Positions 36,331-47,857 of a stretch of 64,000 nucleotides of DNA are shown here, one piece after another. The notes below the pieces were generated by a model. That model searched no databases, had not been told where the DNA came from, and saw nothing but the letters and a program-made list of their open reading frames with translations. This DNA comes from Felis catus (Eukaryota), in assembly GCF_018350175.1 (NCBI RefSeq), contig NC_058383.1, positions 27,778,001-27,842,000 on the forward strand. Direction: 5' to 3'. Numbering within the stretch: the first letter of the stretch is position 1; each line of letters begins with the position of its first letter. A program made the translations under genes and the position numbers.

Positions 36331-36649
36331 TGCGTATATAATAGGATAACCGATAAACACGACGTGGTACAAGTTTTAATTTTTACTCATCTAGACACAG
36401 TGATGAAATGTTTCAGTCGGCAGACTCAGGGCTCCTGGGCTTATTTGCATGGAGATGCTTTTCTGGGGCTAACGAGTAAGAAGGAGGTGGTAGGGGAATC
36501 CTTATTTAGACAAAAGAAACCAGGGGCAATTAAAGGGATGTAACAATGAAACTGCCATCTAATCCTCACAGTGATATTTTTGAGACCTCTAGAGTGAGAA
36601 GTTCTAGGCAGAATGGAAAAATCATAAATGTTGCTTTGGAGAAGACTTC

Positions 36650-36883
36650 TTTTATAAGTTTTATTTACTTATTTTTTTTAACATTTACTTATTTTTTGAG
36701 AGACAGAGAGAGAGAGCACAAGCAGGGGAGGGGGAGAGAGAGAGGGAAACACAGAACACGATGCAGGCTCCAGGCCCTGAGCTGTCAGCACAGAGACCGA
36801 CGCAGGGCTTGACCACACGAACTGTGAGATCAGGACCTGAGCCGAACTCGGATGCTTAATCAACTGAGCCACCCAGGCGCCCC
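36650..36883 (-). mobile_element. CanSINE
   Basis: gcaggctccaggccctgagctgtcagcacagag..actgagccacccaggcgcccc. Confidence 0.96.
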
Positions 36884-37022
36884 ACAGAAGCTGTCTTCTT
36901 CCCCCAGATGACATACCATGCCCCTGATAGATGTTCTCAAAGCACTTTGTGTTTCTCCTTCCAAGCACATAATAGATGCTGTCAACATACATTTAGATGA
37001 TATGCCGTTCTCACTCACCAGT

Positions 37023-37200
37023 CCTGCCTCGTTGAACATAGTAGCCACTATAAACAACATGTGGCTATTTAAATTTAAGTGTAAATTAATTCAAATAAAA
37101 CAAAACAAAAAAACTCTTCTCCGGTCACACCAGCCACATTTCAAGTGGATGATACAGATATGAAACATTTTCATTATCACAGTCTTATTGGACAGTGTTG
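37023..37200 (-). mobile_element. hAT-Charlie MER33/MER3-like element
   Basis: gtagccact..catgtggctatttaaattt..agccacatttcaagtg..tattggacagtg. Confidence 0.8.
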
Positions 37201-37326
37201 ACCTAATTATGATTCTGGTCTTGCTCACATGCTATATCCAGTTCCGAGAGTCTGGCACATTACAGGCACTCAATAATATGTGCTGAGTGAATACAGTAGG
37301 AGGTGTCTTCATTAAAAGTAGGACCT

Positions 37327-37505
37327 GGGGGTGCCTGGGTGGCTCAGTCGGTTAAGAACCAACTCTTAATTTTGGCTCAGGTTATGATCTCATGGTTTGT
37401 GAGACTGAGCCCCGCGCTGGGCTCCAGGCTGAGAGCATGGAGCCCGCTTGGGATTCTCTGTCTCCCTTCTCTCTCTGTCTCTCTCTCAAAATAAATAAAC
37501 AAATT
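37327..37505 (+). mobile_element. CanSINE
   Basis: gggggtgcctgggtggctcagtcgg head; TSD agtaggacct on both sides. Confidence 0.95.
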
Positions 37506-37975
37506 AGTAGGACCTTACATAGCAAAAGAAATAAAATCATATATCCCCCTTAGATTTGTCCCTTTTTCTAACAAAACCCAGTTATGAGTACATTTGTTCG
37601 ATAAAGAATAAACAGAATAAATAATGATACAGGAGCTCTGAACTCAAACTAGAGGTCCGGGCACATGGCATCAACCCTGACAACAAACAGGTCTTGATAA
37701 CACAAAGTCACATCCAACTTCTCAGGACTAAATCTGAACTAGACAGCATATCCCTGTCATTGGGGCCAGGGTGCTGGGGATGACAGAGCCAAGGACCTGA
37801 AAATGGTTGGCCTAGTCTCTCTTCATCACTGATATTTTTTTTCCTGACAGCTAAACCAAAACAACAATAAAAAAAAAGGGGGGGTAAAATCTCAGTCGTA
37901 TCCATGGACAGGAGGGCTCTGAGCTCCAGATCTCCACAAGACCCATGCTATCCAACCACTGTATGCTCTTCACTG

Positions 37976-37976
<1 letters not shown>

Positions 37977-38020
<44 letters not shown>
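37977..38020. repeat. (CA)22 microsatellite
   Basis: Directly visible. Confidence 0.98.
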
Positions 38021-38021
<1 letters not shown>

Positions 38022-38385
38022 TAAAAAGAAAAAAAAAGCAAGCCAATCAAGAATCTCAATGTGGAGATGCAAGAAATTGGACTCTAATAAACCTCCTTAC
38101 CTACAGAAGGTACTCAGATAAATGCTGAATTAACAGGTAACTCTGAGTCTTGGAGGGCTGGAACCTCGTATGCAATATTTGCTCATTCATTCAACAAATG
38201 TTTACTGGGCATCTGCTGGGTGACAGGCAACTTGCAGTTACTGGAGATCTACCAGTGAACAAAGGAGACAAACAGACAACATGGTCTGCCTTCTTGAAGC
38301 TTACCTGCCAGGCTGGGTTTCAACTGTGGCTGAATATTACAATTATCTGAGGAGTTTTGAGAACTCCCACTGCTTGGGCTACACA

Positions 38386-38387
<2 letters not shown>

Positions 38388-38437
<50 letters not shown>
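38388..38437. repeat. (CA)25 microsatellite inside a degenerate MER5-like relic
   Basis: Directly visible. Confidence 0.97.
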
Positions 38438-38441
<4 letters not shown>

Positions 38442-38539
38442 TTCTGGTTACAGTGGTCTGACATTAGAACTAGGAACAGGTACCTTCCCAGGTGGGCCCA
38501 ATGAGCAGTCACATGAACCTGAACACCACAGTTCTGAAC

Positions 38540-38733
38540 AAGTGGTTCTCAAAGTGTGGTCCCAAGACCAGCAGCAGTGGCAACAGCAGCACCTCGTGGG
38601 CCTTGTGAGAATGCAAGTTCTCAGGCCTCTCCTCAGATGTACAGAATCAAAAGCTCTGGGAGTAGGCCCAGCAAGCTGTGTTTTAACAATCTCTCCAGGA
38701 GACTCTGATGCCCGCAAAAGTTGGCAACCACTG
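38540..38733 (+). mobile_element. hAT-Charlie MER5A-like element
   Basis: agtggttctcaaagtgtggtcc..gaccagcagca..tgtgttttaacaa..ctccaggagactctgatgc..aaccactg. Confidence 0.88.
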
Positions 38734-39289
38734 TTGCAGGCAAAAGTAACTGGGAAGGTAAGTTTTTGAAGGTAGAGGAGTCTTGTTCTCCATCTTTTCC
38801 CAACATCCTCCTGCCAACTCATTCAACTTGGTCAGGAATCACAAGAACAGCCTCTGCAAGTTGGTACCTGATTGCCACACCGCTGGGTTTCTAGAGGTTC
38901 CCACCAGCTGCTCAAGGCACTGCTTTGCTAACTGGGGCTCCTCTGCCCACCCATTTTCTCCGTTAGCAACTCCTCCCCAACTGCCAATGAGCCTGGCATG
39001 GACACCCTCCGGCTAACATCTCCATGATAAACTGCAGGTGCAGTTGGTCTCCACAGCCATCTGATGTCCTTATCTCCCACAGGGCTGCACACACAGCACA
39101 ATACTCACACACAGAGGCCTGACTCACTGTGGCACGCACGCACAGAGCCTCATTTTACACAATGCACGTAAACATGTTCCTCCTCTATCACATATGTGAC
39201 ATCACATACACATAGGCACTCGTGGTCAAGTGTATATTGATATCCTTTTACACTGTTCTACACACACACGCTCTGAAATCATACCTCAC

Positions 39290-39465
39290 CAGTGATCCTC
39301 AAATTTGTCTGCATTTTGGCCTCACCTGAAAGCTTTAAAAAATACTGATGCCCAGGCCACAACCCACACCATCTGAACCAGGATCTCTGAAGTTGGAACC
39401 CAGCTTTCTGTGTTTTTTAAGGTACCCATGTGGTTTCAACGGGCAGCCCAGGTTGAAAAGTCCTG
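39290..39465. mobile_element. hAT-Charlie MER5B-like element
   Basis: cagtgatcctcaaa..gctttaaaaaatactgatgcccaggcc..cagcccaggttgaaaa. Confidence 0.75.
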
Positions 39466-39626
39466 TTCTATGCCATAACTTATAGAAATAAAAAGAGGGT
39501 CTCAGCCTTTTTCAGAAAGGAGACAAGATCCTTGGAGGAAACTGGAATTCAACGACTTCCAGAGGTCTCGTGAAAATCCTTTGATCACAATTATCTGAGC
39601 CCACATCTTCTGTTTCTTTGTCCATT

Positions 39627-40210
39627 TGTTGATGCCCATTAGTCAAAGACCACCAGAAACACACTTCATCAAGCAAAATTGGGTTTACTGGCCCACTGCA
39701 ATGCTGGTGATGGCCACCCCACCACAGAGAACCATGAGGCGTCTGAGTAAGAAAGTATAAGCAGGAACTTATTGTGGGATTTGTGCTGGTGTTGTGTAAT
39801 TTGGGACAGGTTGCAAGGGAACAGGAACTTGCTCTGCACTGGATGTGTCAGGAAGTGAGGATGATAATAATTCTATGATTGGGCGTCTTAATGAATCTTA
39901 TCTAGAGGTCAAGAGGAATGAAGTAGTCCTAAAGCTATAATTGATAAGGAAGCAGAAGTCACTCCCATAACCCAGGAAGTAAGGATGCTTAGCCATTTTT
40001 ATGGTTTTGACAGCGGTCTTGTATTGTGCTCAGATAGGATTAGAGAATGGTGTTGTGTTTATCTTGCTCCATTACATCCACAGAGTGGCCTTGTATGACG
40101 TTATGCAACTGTCATTTATGCCACTGTCGATGTTCACCAGAAGAGCGCCAAGCACCAGCTGTGAGAGTGAGGCCAGCCCCGAATGTTCAGTGCTGCTTTT
40201 CTCTTTCTTA
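39627..40210 (-). mobile_element. Solo ERV1-class LTR (MER89/MER90-like)
   Basis: Minus strand begins taagaaagagaaaagcagc.., resembling the recalled MER89/90 5' end; other end tgtt..agtcaaagaccaccag. Confidence 0.6.
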
Positions 40211-41565
40211 GCTCTCCTTCATTCTCCATGTTGCCTCTGTATTGTCTCTTTGCATTTTAAACGTGTCTGCTTGTTCCTCTGGGAAATAACTCTCACCTTC
40301 CTGGCCTCCTCTATAATACATAACACATACAATATACATAGCACATGTAATACATGCTGGGTGTGTAGACAAGGGAGCCTTCACATTCTGGAAAGTACAC
40401 TTGGCTTAGGTTTGGAATCAGAAAATCCAACTTTCAATCCCCACTTCCTACTTGCTAAGTGCACAACCTTGCAAATGGCTCAACTTCTCTGAGCTCACAT
40501 GGGGGTAAAAGTCCCAGGCTGCCCCAGTGAGTTTCTGTCTGCCGCACTGGATTTCTGGTAGGAAGAGAATGAGACAAGTCTGAAGGCACAAAGGGCTGGC
40601 AAATCAGCAGATTCTCCTGAGAAGCAGAGAGGGTAGATAATTGGGGTGGAGGGATGACTGGTTTGACCTACACCTTGGTCAGGGGTAGCAAAAACAGTAG
40701 GCTTAAAGGTCCTCTGAGGACTCAAGAGAGGGTACAGGAAAGTGGATTACCAGGTAGGATTCTGGTCACCTCGGTGACCCTTCAGCTCCTAGTAACAGGC
40801 TACAAGGGTAAGGAACTAGATGTTGAACTTAGAATGCCATGCCATAACATTTTCTAAGGGCCTAGTGTTAGGCATTATGATGCAGAAATGGAAAAAAAAA
40901 ATACATTTTCTTCCCAAAGATGCTCCTGGTGTATTGGGAGAAAGAGAGATACAAATAAAACACAACTGCAATTCAGAAAACAACAACAACAACAGAAGCA
41001 CTTTATAAGCACTTATAAGGTATAGTATAGCATAGAGCAGGAAGGAATTAATCCCTATCAAGGGATGGAGAAGAGTGACAAGGAGATCTTAGGGAAAATA
41101 GCACAAAATGGATAATGCTTCAACTGGGTTTTTGCACAATGAGTAGGAGCCTGTCAGGCAAAGAGAGGAGGAAGTATCAGGAAAAGGGGATCCATAGCAG
41201 AGGAGGCAGCAGGTGCAAATATATGAGTATGAAATACTCTGATGTGTTCTGGGATCTTGAAACACATTCATAAGTAAGTCATCAAGGGGCTGTAAACTCT
41301 TATATCCCCAGACCATACCAAATTGTCTAGGGCATTGTGTTTACTTATAAATGGAGGGAGCAATTAATGAACACTATAGCTGTCACTATCAGAGATTTCA
41401 GCCCCTGTGACAGAATTCCAACCATTTACAAGGGTATACGCATGGTGTAGGTGTGATTTACAGGTACAATTACATTATCTTTTCACTCTTCTGGTCCCAT
41501 TTGTACAACTCTTTGGAATTATCTACATGGTTAACTGGTTTCAACACTCAAAACCAGGTCTTCTG

Positions 41566-41793
41566 GGGGCACCTGGGTGGCACAGTCGGTTAAGCGTCCG
41601 ACTTCAGCCAGGTCACGATCTCGCGGTCCGGGAGTTCAAGCCCCGCGTCAGGCTCTGGGCCAATGGCTCAGAGCCTGGAGCCTGTTTCCGATTCTGTATC
41701 TCCCTCTCTCTCTGCCCCTCCCCCATTCATGCTCTGTCTCTCTCTGTCCCAAAATAAATAAACGTTGAAAAAAAAATTAAAAAAAAAAAAAAA
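41566..41793 (+). mobile_element. Very young Felis-type SINE (SINEC_Fc)
   Basis: ttcagccaggtcacgatctcgcggtccg diagnostic, long A tail; TSD caggtcttctg at 41555-41565 and 41794-41804. Confidence 0.97.
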
Positions 41794-42886
41794 CAGGTCT
41801 TCTGAACAAAGATTGCACCAATATTGAGATTTCTTATTATTATTCAATCCTTAGCTGCTGTCTTCAAATAACTGATTCAGGAACGGTCTGATGCAAGGGC
41901 ACAAGAGTCCCTCCCCAAACTCTTCTGATCCGGGCTTCCAGAAAGTCAAGTTTAGTCAGTTATCTGTAAGATAATAGGCCACCAGAGAGCCATGGGCTTG
42001 TCCCACAGATCTAGATTTTATAGCAGAGACTCCAAAGCAAATTCTAGGAGTAGCTGCCAAGAGAGATTTGGGCTTCACAGACCATGTGAGTGGACTTCCC
42101 CTGGGTGATCAAAACTGAAAGTGATCAATCTGGCCAAATTTACTGGGCAGAGAGGTCATCCTTTTAGGATAAGCTACATACAGATTAGAGAAGTGGGTAC
42201 ACTTCTACGGGTCTCTAGCCACCCCCCAGTACTGAATGCACTGCACAGCCAGCTGCCTAACTAAGCACTCCTGTTACCCCTGTATGTCAGCCATGTCCAG
42301 GGCCAGCCAGCCCGGAGACAAAAGGATCCCCACAGGGGCAAGCATAAGGCAGTGCTCACTAATAGAACATCTCTTCTGGGTCAGTGAGGCAATGGTGAAG
42401 ACACAGATGCCCCAACACATAAACAGAGTCCAGAGGAAATCATTTCATAAAATGGAAGCACAATAGAAAGAGCAATGCTCTAAAACAGGCTATTTTATAC
42501 CCAAATTGAAAGTGGCATATGAACTAAATAAATTAAATGTAAGTAGACCTTTAGACTTGTTTATCTGCATCTCTAGAAATGGATATTTTAAAGTTGGCCC
42601 CTAAAAATGTATTTAACCATCTCATTCAGAAAACAAAAGTCACTGTACATTCAGGGATACAGGGATATTTAATACTGAGTGCTGTGAAAGGGGACCTAGG
42701 GAAGACTCAGGGAGGATTGGGAAGGATTATTAGTGGGTTTAAGTCCCTGGCCCCGTCCCCACCAGCCCCCTACACAGAGGACTCAGCACACTTGGAGGAA
42801 CTCACATACCTGGCCTCAACTTCTCCCCATGACCTCTCCTCTACCACTTTCCACAAAAACTTCAGTTTCCAAGACCCTGTTCTGTT

Positions 42887-43350
42887 TTCTTCTTTTTAAT
42901 TTTTACATCAACATCATGGAGGTGATCATTATTTATGTACATTACATTATTTATGTACAATAAAATGTACTCATCTTAAGTGTACAGCCTGATGAGTTCT
43001 GACAAATCTATGTGCCCAGATAACCCCCATCCCAATCAAACATAAAACCCTAAAGAGTGCCCTTTCATGGTCAGTCCTTTCTGTCATCATAGAGTCACTT
43101 CCCCATTCTAGGATTTATATGAATGTAATGAAACAGCGTGGGCTCCTCTGTGTCTGGCTTTTCACAGAGTGATGTTTTTGAGATTCATCTGTGTTGCTGC
43201 ACATACTGGTAGTTTATTCTTTCTCGTGGCTGAGAAGTAGACCATTGTATGAATCTACCGCTATTCATTTACCCATTCACAGGATGAACGGCATTTGGGT
43301 TCTTCCTCGTTTTGAATATTACACATAAAATGTCTATGAACTTCCAAACC
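42887..43350 (-). mobile_element. Ancient LINE-1 (L1M) 3' fragment
   Basis: tacaataaaatgtactcatcttaagtgtacag..tgtgtctggctt..gatgtttttgagattcatctgtgttg. Confidence 0.82.
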
Positions 43351-43614
43351 CGTGCTGCCTTTTGTCCAATGCTGGAAAATGGTTATTTCGTGTATCACAT
43401 CCAGTTGTCTGACTGCCTACAGTGGCTCCATGATGGGCAGGAGTGCAACAGAATCATCTTTCTTTCTGGTCAACAAACGTGCCTCCTTGCCCCAGATGTA
43501 CTGTCCTCATCCCCTTCAAGAATGTGCTGTTTGACTCTACCTACGCTACTCCTGCTCCCAAAAAGCATTCCCAGCAGCCATGCCCCTGCCCTGAAAATGG
43601 AAACCACATATTAA

Positions 43615-44310
43615 TGAATCAGGTTTTGGTAATCAGGTTAACTTCACCCATGACAATGACAGTCATGGCAATGGCACATCTCTTTTGCATCCTTCCCCAA
43701 AACCTGTAACACCAGTCTAACCAGGAGAAGCCCAGACTGAGGGACAGTATACAGAATGACTGTCCAGTACTCTTCAGAATTGTCAATAAAACAGAGGAAG
43801 CTTGAAAACCTGTCACTGGACCAGAGGAGACTCAGGAGACATGACAACAAAATGTAATGTGGTCTCCTGGAATGGATGCTGAAACAGGAAAAGAACATGA
43901 ATGGAAAAACTGGCAAGATCTGAGTAAAGTTTAGAGTTTGGGGGTGCCTGGTGGCTCAGCCAGTTAAGTGTCCAACTCTTGATTTTGGTTCAGGTCATGA
44001 TCTCACAGTTCGTGGGTTGGAGCCCCACATCTGGCTCTGTGCTAACAGCACGGACCCTGCTTGGGATTCTCTCTCCCTCTCTCTCTGCCCCTCCCTGCCA
44101 TCAAAAATAAATAAACATTTTTGTGTGTTTTTTTTAAAGTCTGGAGTTTGGCTAATAGTCATGCAGCCATGTTGGATTCTCAGTTTTGACCAACGTATCA
44201 TGATAATGTAGGGTTTTAAAAATATAAGAATCTGGGTAAGGGGCATATAGGATGATCTATGCCAGCTTTAAAAGTTTTCTGCAATATAAAATATTCCCCC
44301 ATAATATAAA
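43615..44310 (+). mobile_element. Ancient LINE-1 (L1MC/MD-like) 3' UTR interrupted by a SINE
   Basis: ggagactcaggagacatgacaacaaaatgtaatgtgg..cctggaatggatgctgaaacaggaaaag..ctgggtaaggggcatatagga. Confidence 0.8.
43941..44135 (+). mobile_element. CanSINE
   Basis: ggggtgcctggtggctcagcc head; TSD aaagtttagagtttg / aaagtctggagtttg. Confidence 0.95.
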
Positions 44311-45401
44311 ATTATTCCCCCCCACCACCACCACCAGGTTGTTTGAAATGTCAGACTTTAACATTCTGAGCACATAAGGGCCAATAATGTAATAAGCCTG
44401 AGATGTGGCCATCCCAGCTAACCTCACTATGCCGCCCACCACACCTGCACTTCCTGGGAGAGGCAGGCTATCCCCTGTCTGTTTGCACATCGTATTCCAC
44501 TCCATTTCCCCTTGCTGTAGATGTGCCTGGGATTTATGATTATTAAACTGCTGTCTGGTTGATACAGCCAAAAATCCTATTGTCGTTTTTCTGCACAGAC
44601 TGGCCAATGAAATGCCCAAACCAAGGACAGAGAGGCAGGTCTAGGTATAGATGTGTTGTAATGCACATCGAAACCCAACTAACACCAGGAAGAAGATAAA
44701 GCCGGAGGGGGACACATACCAGCCAAAGCTCTTTGGACAGCAATATACCATCTAATGCCCTACCTTTTCCATCATTTCTCTCTTCCCCTGGAAAGCAAAG
44801 GACCCCAGTGTGGGTGAGGCGGCCGTTTTACAAACCCTGTGCTGGGCTCTAGTTTTATTTCCCAGGGTTAACGATCTAAATAAATCTGCCCTGCCTTACT
44901 TCTGCTAAGCTGCTTAAGAAATGATGCTTTATAGTCAACATAGATCAGATGGGTACTTTCTCCCTGTGAAACTTGCCATCGGTAAAAGTTCTCTACCTAA
45001 TGAGCCAATATTAGTTTAACTACATGTTGTTAATTAAAAGCATAGTTTTATGCAAGCTTTTTTTTTCCTAGTGGGAAAAAAAGGGAATATTGTACTTGCA
45101 AAGCCCCCAAAACAGAATAGTAGTTCTAGAATTTATAGGCCTCCCTTAATGGATATGGTGAAATATCTTTTAAGGGTGTCCTTCCCTTAGGGATCTCATT
45201 CTCTTTCCAAGCAAGATCTGACCACAGATAACTTTCTACAGCATGGGCCATTTAGCTTTCATGTGTGGGAGAATATCTTTCATCCTGGGTTCTCAATTGT
45301 TTTTTTATCCCAAACCATTTTCCTGGTAAGTCAATATGAATTGTGGGCTCAAGAAAACAAAAGTCATGTCTCCTGGTGGTTCCAGCCAAAGATCTATGAA
45401 G

Positions 45402-45870
45402 TGTCTTCATTTGCATTCCTCCAGAAGCAAACCCTAAAATTCAGGATTCAAGTGCAGATGATTTATTAGGAGGTGATCCAAAGACACATGAGTAGAGTGA
45501 AGAGAAGTGAGACAAGGAAGGGAAGGAAAACAATATAAAAGGGATGTTACCAGGTAAGTTACCACTGTGGGCAACTGGGGTTTAGCCATACTGGCATGCT
45601 CTGGGACCAGAGTGGAATATGTACTGTTGAGTCATCCAAAAGGGCTGGAAATTGTTTCCAACTTTCAACTGTCAAAGGTCCTAAGCGGTGTTAACTTCTT
45701 TCCCACCCCTTCCAGTTTCTCACCAGCATGGGCAAAGTAGACTCCAGTGACCACAGAGACCCTTCAAGCAAAGAGACACAGGTGCTAGCAGTTGGAAGGT
45801 AGGCCAATTTCCACAGAAATGGTCAGGGCTGTAGACAGTGGATGGGGCACCAGTAGCACCTGCCAAAACA
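45402..45870 (-). mobile_element. ERVL solo LTR (LTR33-like)
   Basis: tgtctt..ccagaagcaaaccct..ggattcaagtgca..tttattaggaggtgatcc..gttaccactgtgggcaactggg..gggcaccagtagcacctgc. Confidence 0.78.
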
Positions 45871-46362
45871 GTGGGTCAAAACAAAGATGAAGATGGAACC
45901 CAGCCTTCCAGCCCTCTAGCCATGTTGCATAAATCCCATTGCTGCCTTCGGTAGCAAGAGAAGAGTCTGCCATGTTTTCAAAGATGGCAGGTGGTTAGTC
46001 CAGCTCCAGAAACTGCTAGGTGGAATTCTGTGTGAAGCACTGTGGCTTCCATTTCTCTCTTTGTGGGATCCTTGGAAATGGCACGGTAGAAAGATGACTG
46101 AGCCAAAGAGTCTGATTCTGCCAGTAATGGTGGCCTTGAGAAAGCCACTTAACCTCACTAAAACTCAGTTTCTTCCATCTGTGAAGTGTAGATAATCAGA
46201 AATATCTTATTAATCCTGAAGTGAAAGCTACCATTATCTCAAGTCTATAACTGAGAAACCTGGGGTATCCAGTGTTCCTGAGAGAATCACATGAGATAAT
46301 ATATTCATAAGGTAAATAGCAGCCTACAAAGATAAGGTAGTGTTAATAAGAATTTCATAAGA

Positions 46363-46602
46363 GGGGTGCCTGGGTGACTTAGTTGGTTAAGCATCCAACT
46401 TCAGCTCAGGTCATGATCTCACGGTTTGTGAGTTCAAGCCCCACATCGGGCTTTCTGCTGTCAGCACAGAGCCAGCTTTGAATCCTCTGTCACCCTCTCT
46501 CTCTGCCCCTCCCCTGTTTGCACACACTTGCACAGGTGTGCCTGCTCGCTCGCTCTCTTTCTCTCTCTCAAAAAGAAATAAACATTAAAAATATGTTTTT
46601 TA
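46363..46602 (+). mobile_element. CanSINE at the 3' end of a MIR (+) relic (~46080-46350)
   Basis: Full SINE; TSD aagaatttcataa / aagaacttcataa. Confidence 0.95.
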
Positions 46603-46811
46603 AAGAACTTCATAAAAGAAGACTTTTGAAGATAGCCTTTTGGAGTGTGGCTGACAAAAGAACAACCATCCCAAGGCTGTCCTAGGGCTATTAAGGGTAT
46701 GGTAATCAATGCATGAAAATGGACACTAGCTGTAAGGGACTGTAAGAAACATAAAAACCAAATGCAACCCATTATTCTTGTTCAGATCCTGGTTTTAAAA
46801 AAATGGTTATA

Positions 46812-47034
46812 GGGGCGCCTGGGTGGCGCGGTCGGTTAAGCGTCCGACTTCAGCCAGGTCACGATCTCGCGGTCTGTGAGTTCGAGCCCCGCGTCGGGCT
46901 CTGGGCTGATGGCTCAGAGCCTGGAGCCTGTTTCCGATTCTGTGTCTCCCTCTCTCTCTGCCCCTCGCCCGTTCATGCTCTGTCTCTCTCTGTCCCAAAA
47001 ATAAATAAACGTTGAAAAAAAAATTAAAAAAAAT
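46812..47034 (+). mobile_element. Very young Felis-type SINE (SINEC_Fc) inserted in an old L1 3' UTR relic (~46720-47350)
   Basis: Near-consensus, CpG-rich; TSD aaatggttata at 46801-46811 and 47035-47045. Confidence 0.97.
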
Positions 47035-47459
47035 AAATGGTTATAAAACACAATTTGAGACCACTGCGGGAATTGGAATATGAACCAACTTAACAGAGAA
47101 TATTAAAGAACTGTTAATTTTGTTAGGTGTGATAATGGTATGGTGGTTATGTAGGAAAATGATCTTATTCTTTGGAAATGTAGAGTCGCATAGTTAGGGG
47201 TAAAGTGTTATGTGTCTGTATTTATTTCCAAATGACTGAGTGAAATATGGCAAAATACTAACAAAGGCTAAGGGATAGGAGCTATATAGGTGTCTACTAT
47301 ACTGTCATTTCTACTCTTCTATATGTTTGAAAAGCTTCATATTAAAAACTTCCCAATGTTTTTAAGGAGTTTTTAAATAAACATTTCAAACATCAGAAAA
47401 CTATATAGCGTACTTGGGATTTATCTATGTTGCTACAGCAAACCCTAGTTCATTTATCC

Positions 47460-47857
47460 TTTAATCGAAATTTTTATTGAGATCATTGTAGACTCAAATA
47501 ACACAGAGAGTCCCCATGTACACTGCTTTCAGTCTCCCCCAATGGTAACATTTTGCAAAACTATAGTATAACCAGGTATTTATAGCGATGACATCTACTG
47601 ATCTTACTGAGATTTCCCCATTCTTTATGCCCATTTGTATGCAAATTTATCACATGTGTAGGTACCTGTATCCATCATCACATCAAGATACAGAACATTT
47701 CCATCACCTCAAAGATCCCTCGTGGTGGCCTTTTATAACTACACCCACCTTGCTCCCCATCCCCACCCCTCCCCATCTCTAAGCCTTAGCCTCTCGCTGT
47801 CTAAAATTATGTCACTTTGGAAAAGTTAGATAAATGGAGTCATATGGCATGTAATCT
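47460..47857 (-). mobile_element. Ancient LINE-1 (L1MC-like) 3' fragment
   Basis: tttttattgagatcattgtagactca..cccccaatggtaacattttgcaaaactatagta..caagatacagaacatttccatcacc..ataaatggagtcata. Confidence 0.82.

Noticed and set aside
40764..40779. GGTCA-n6-TGACC inverted repeat resembling an estrogen response element
   Set aside because: The spacer is 6 rather than 3 nt and there is no supporting context
42927..42959. Short tandem duplications (cattatttatgtaca x2; also ctcactcatccttcc x2 near 24713-24747)
   Set aside because: Ordinary slippage events inside old repeats; two units only, with no CRISPR-like repeat-spacer structure
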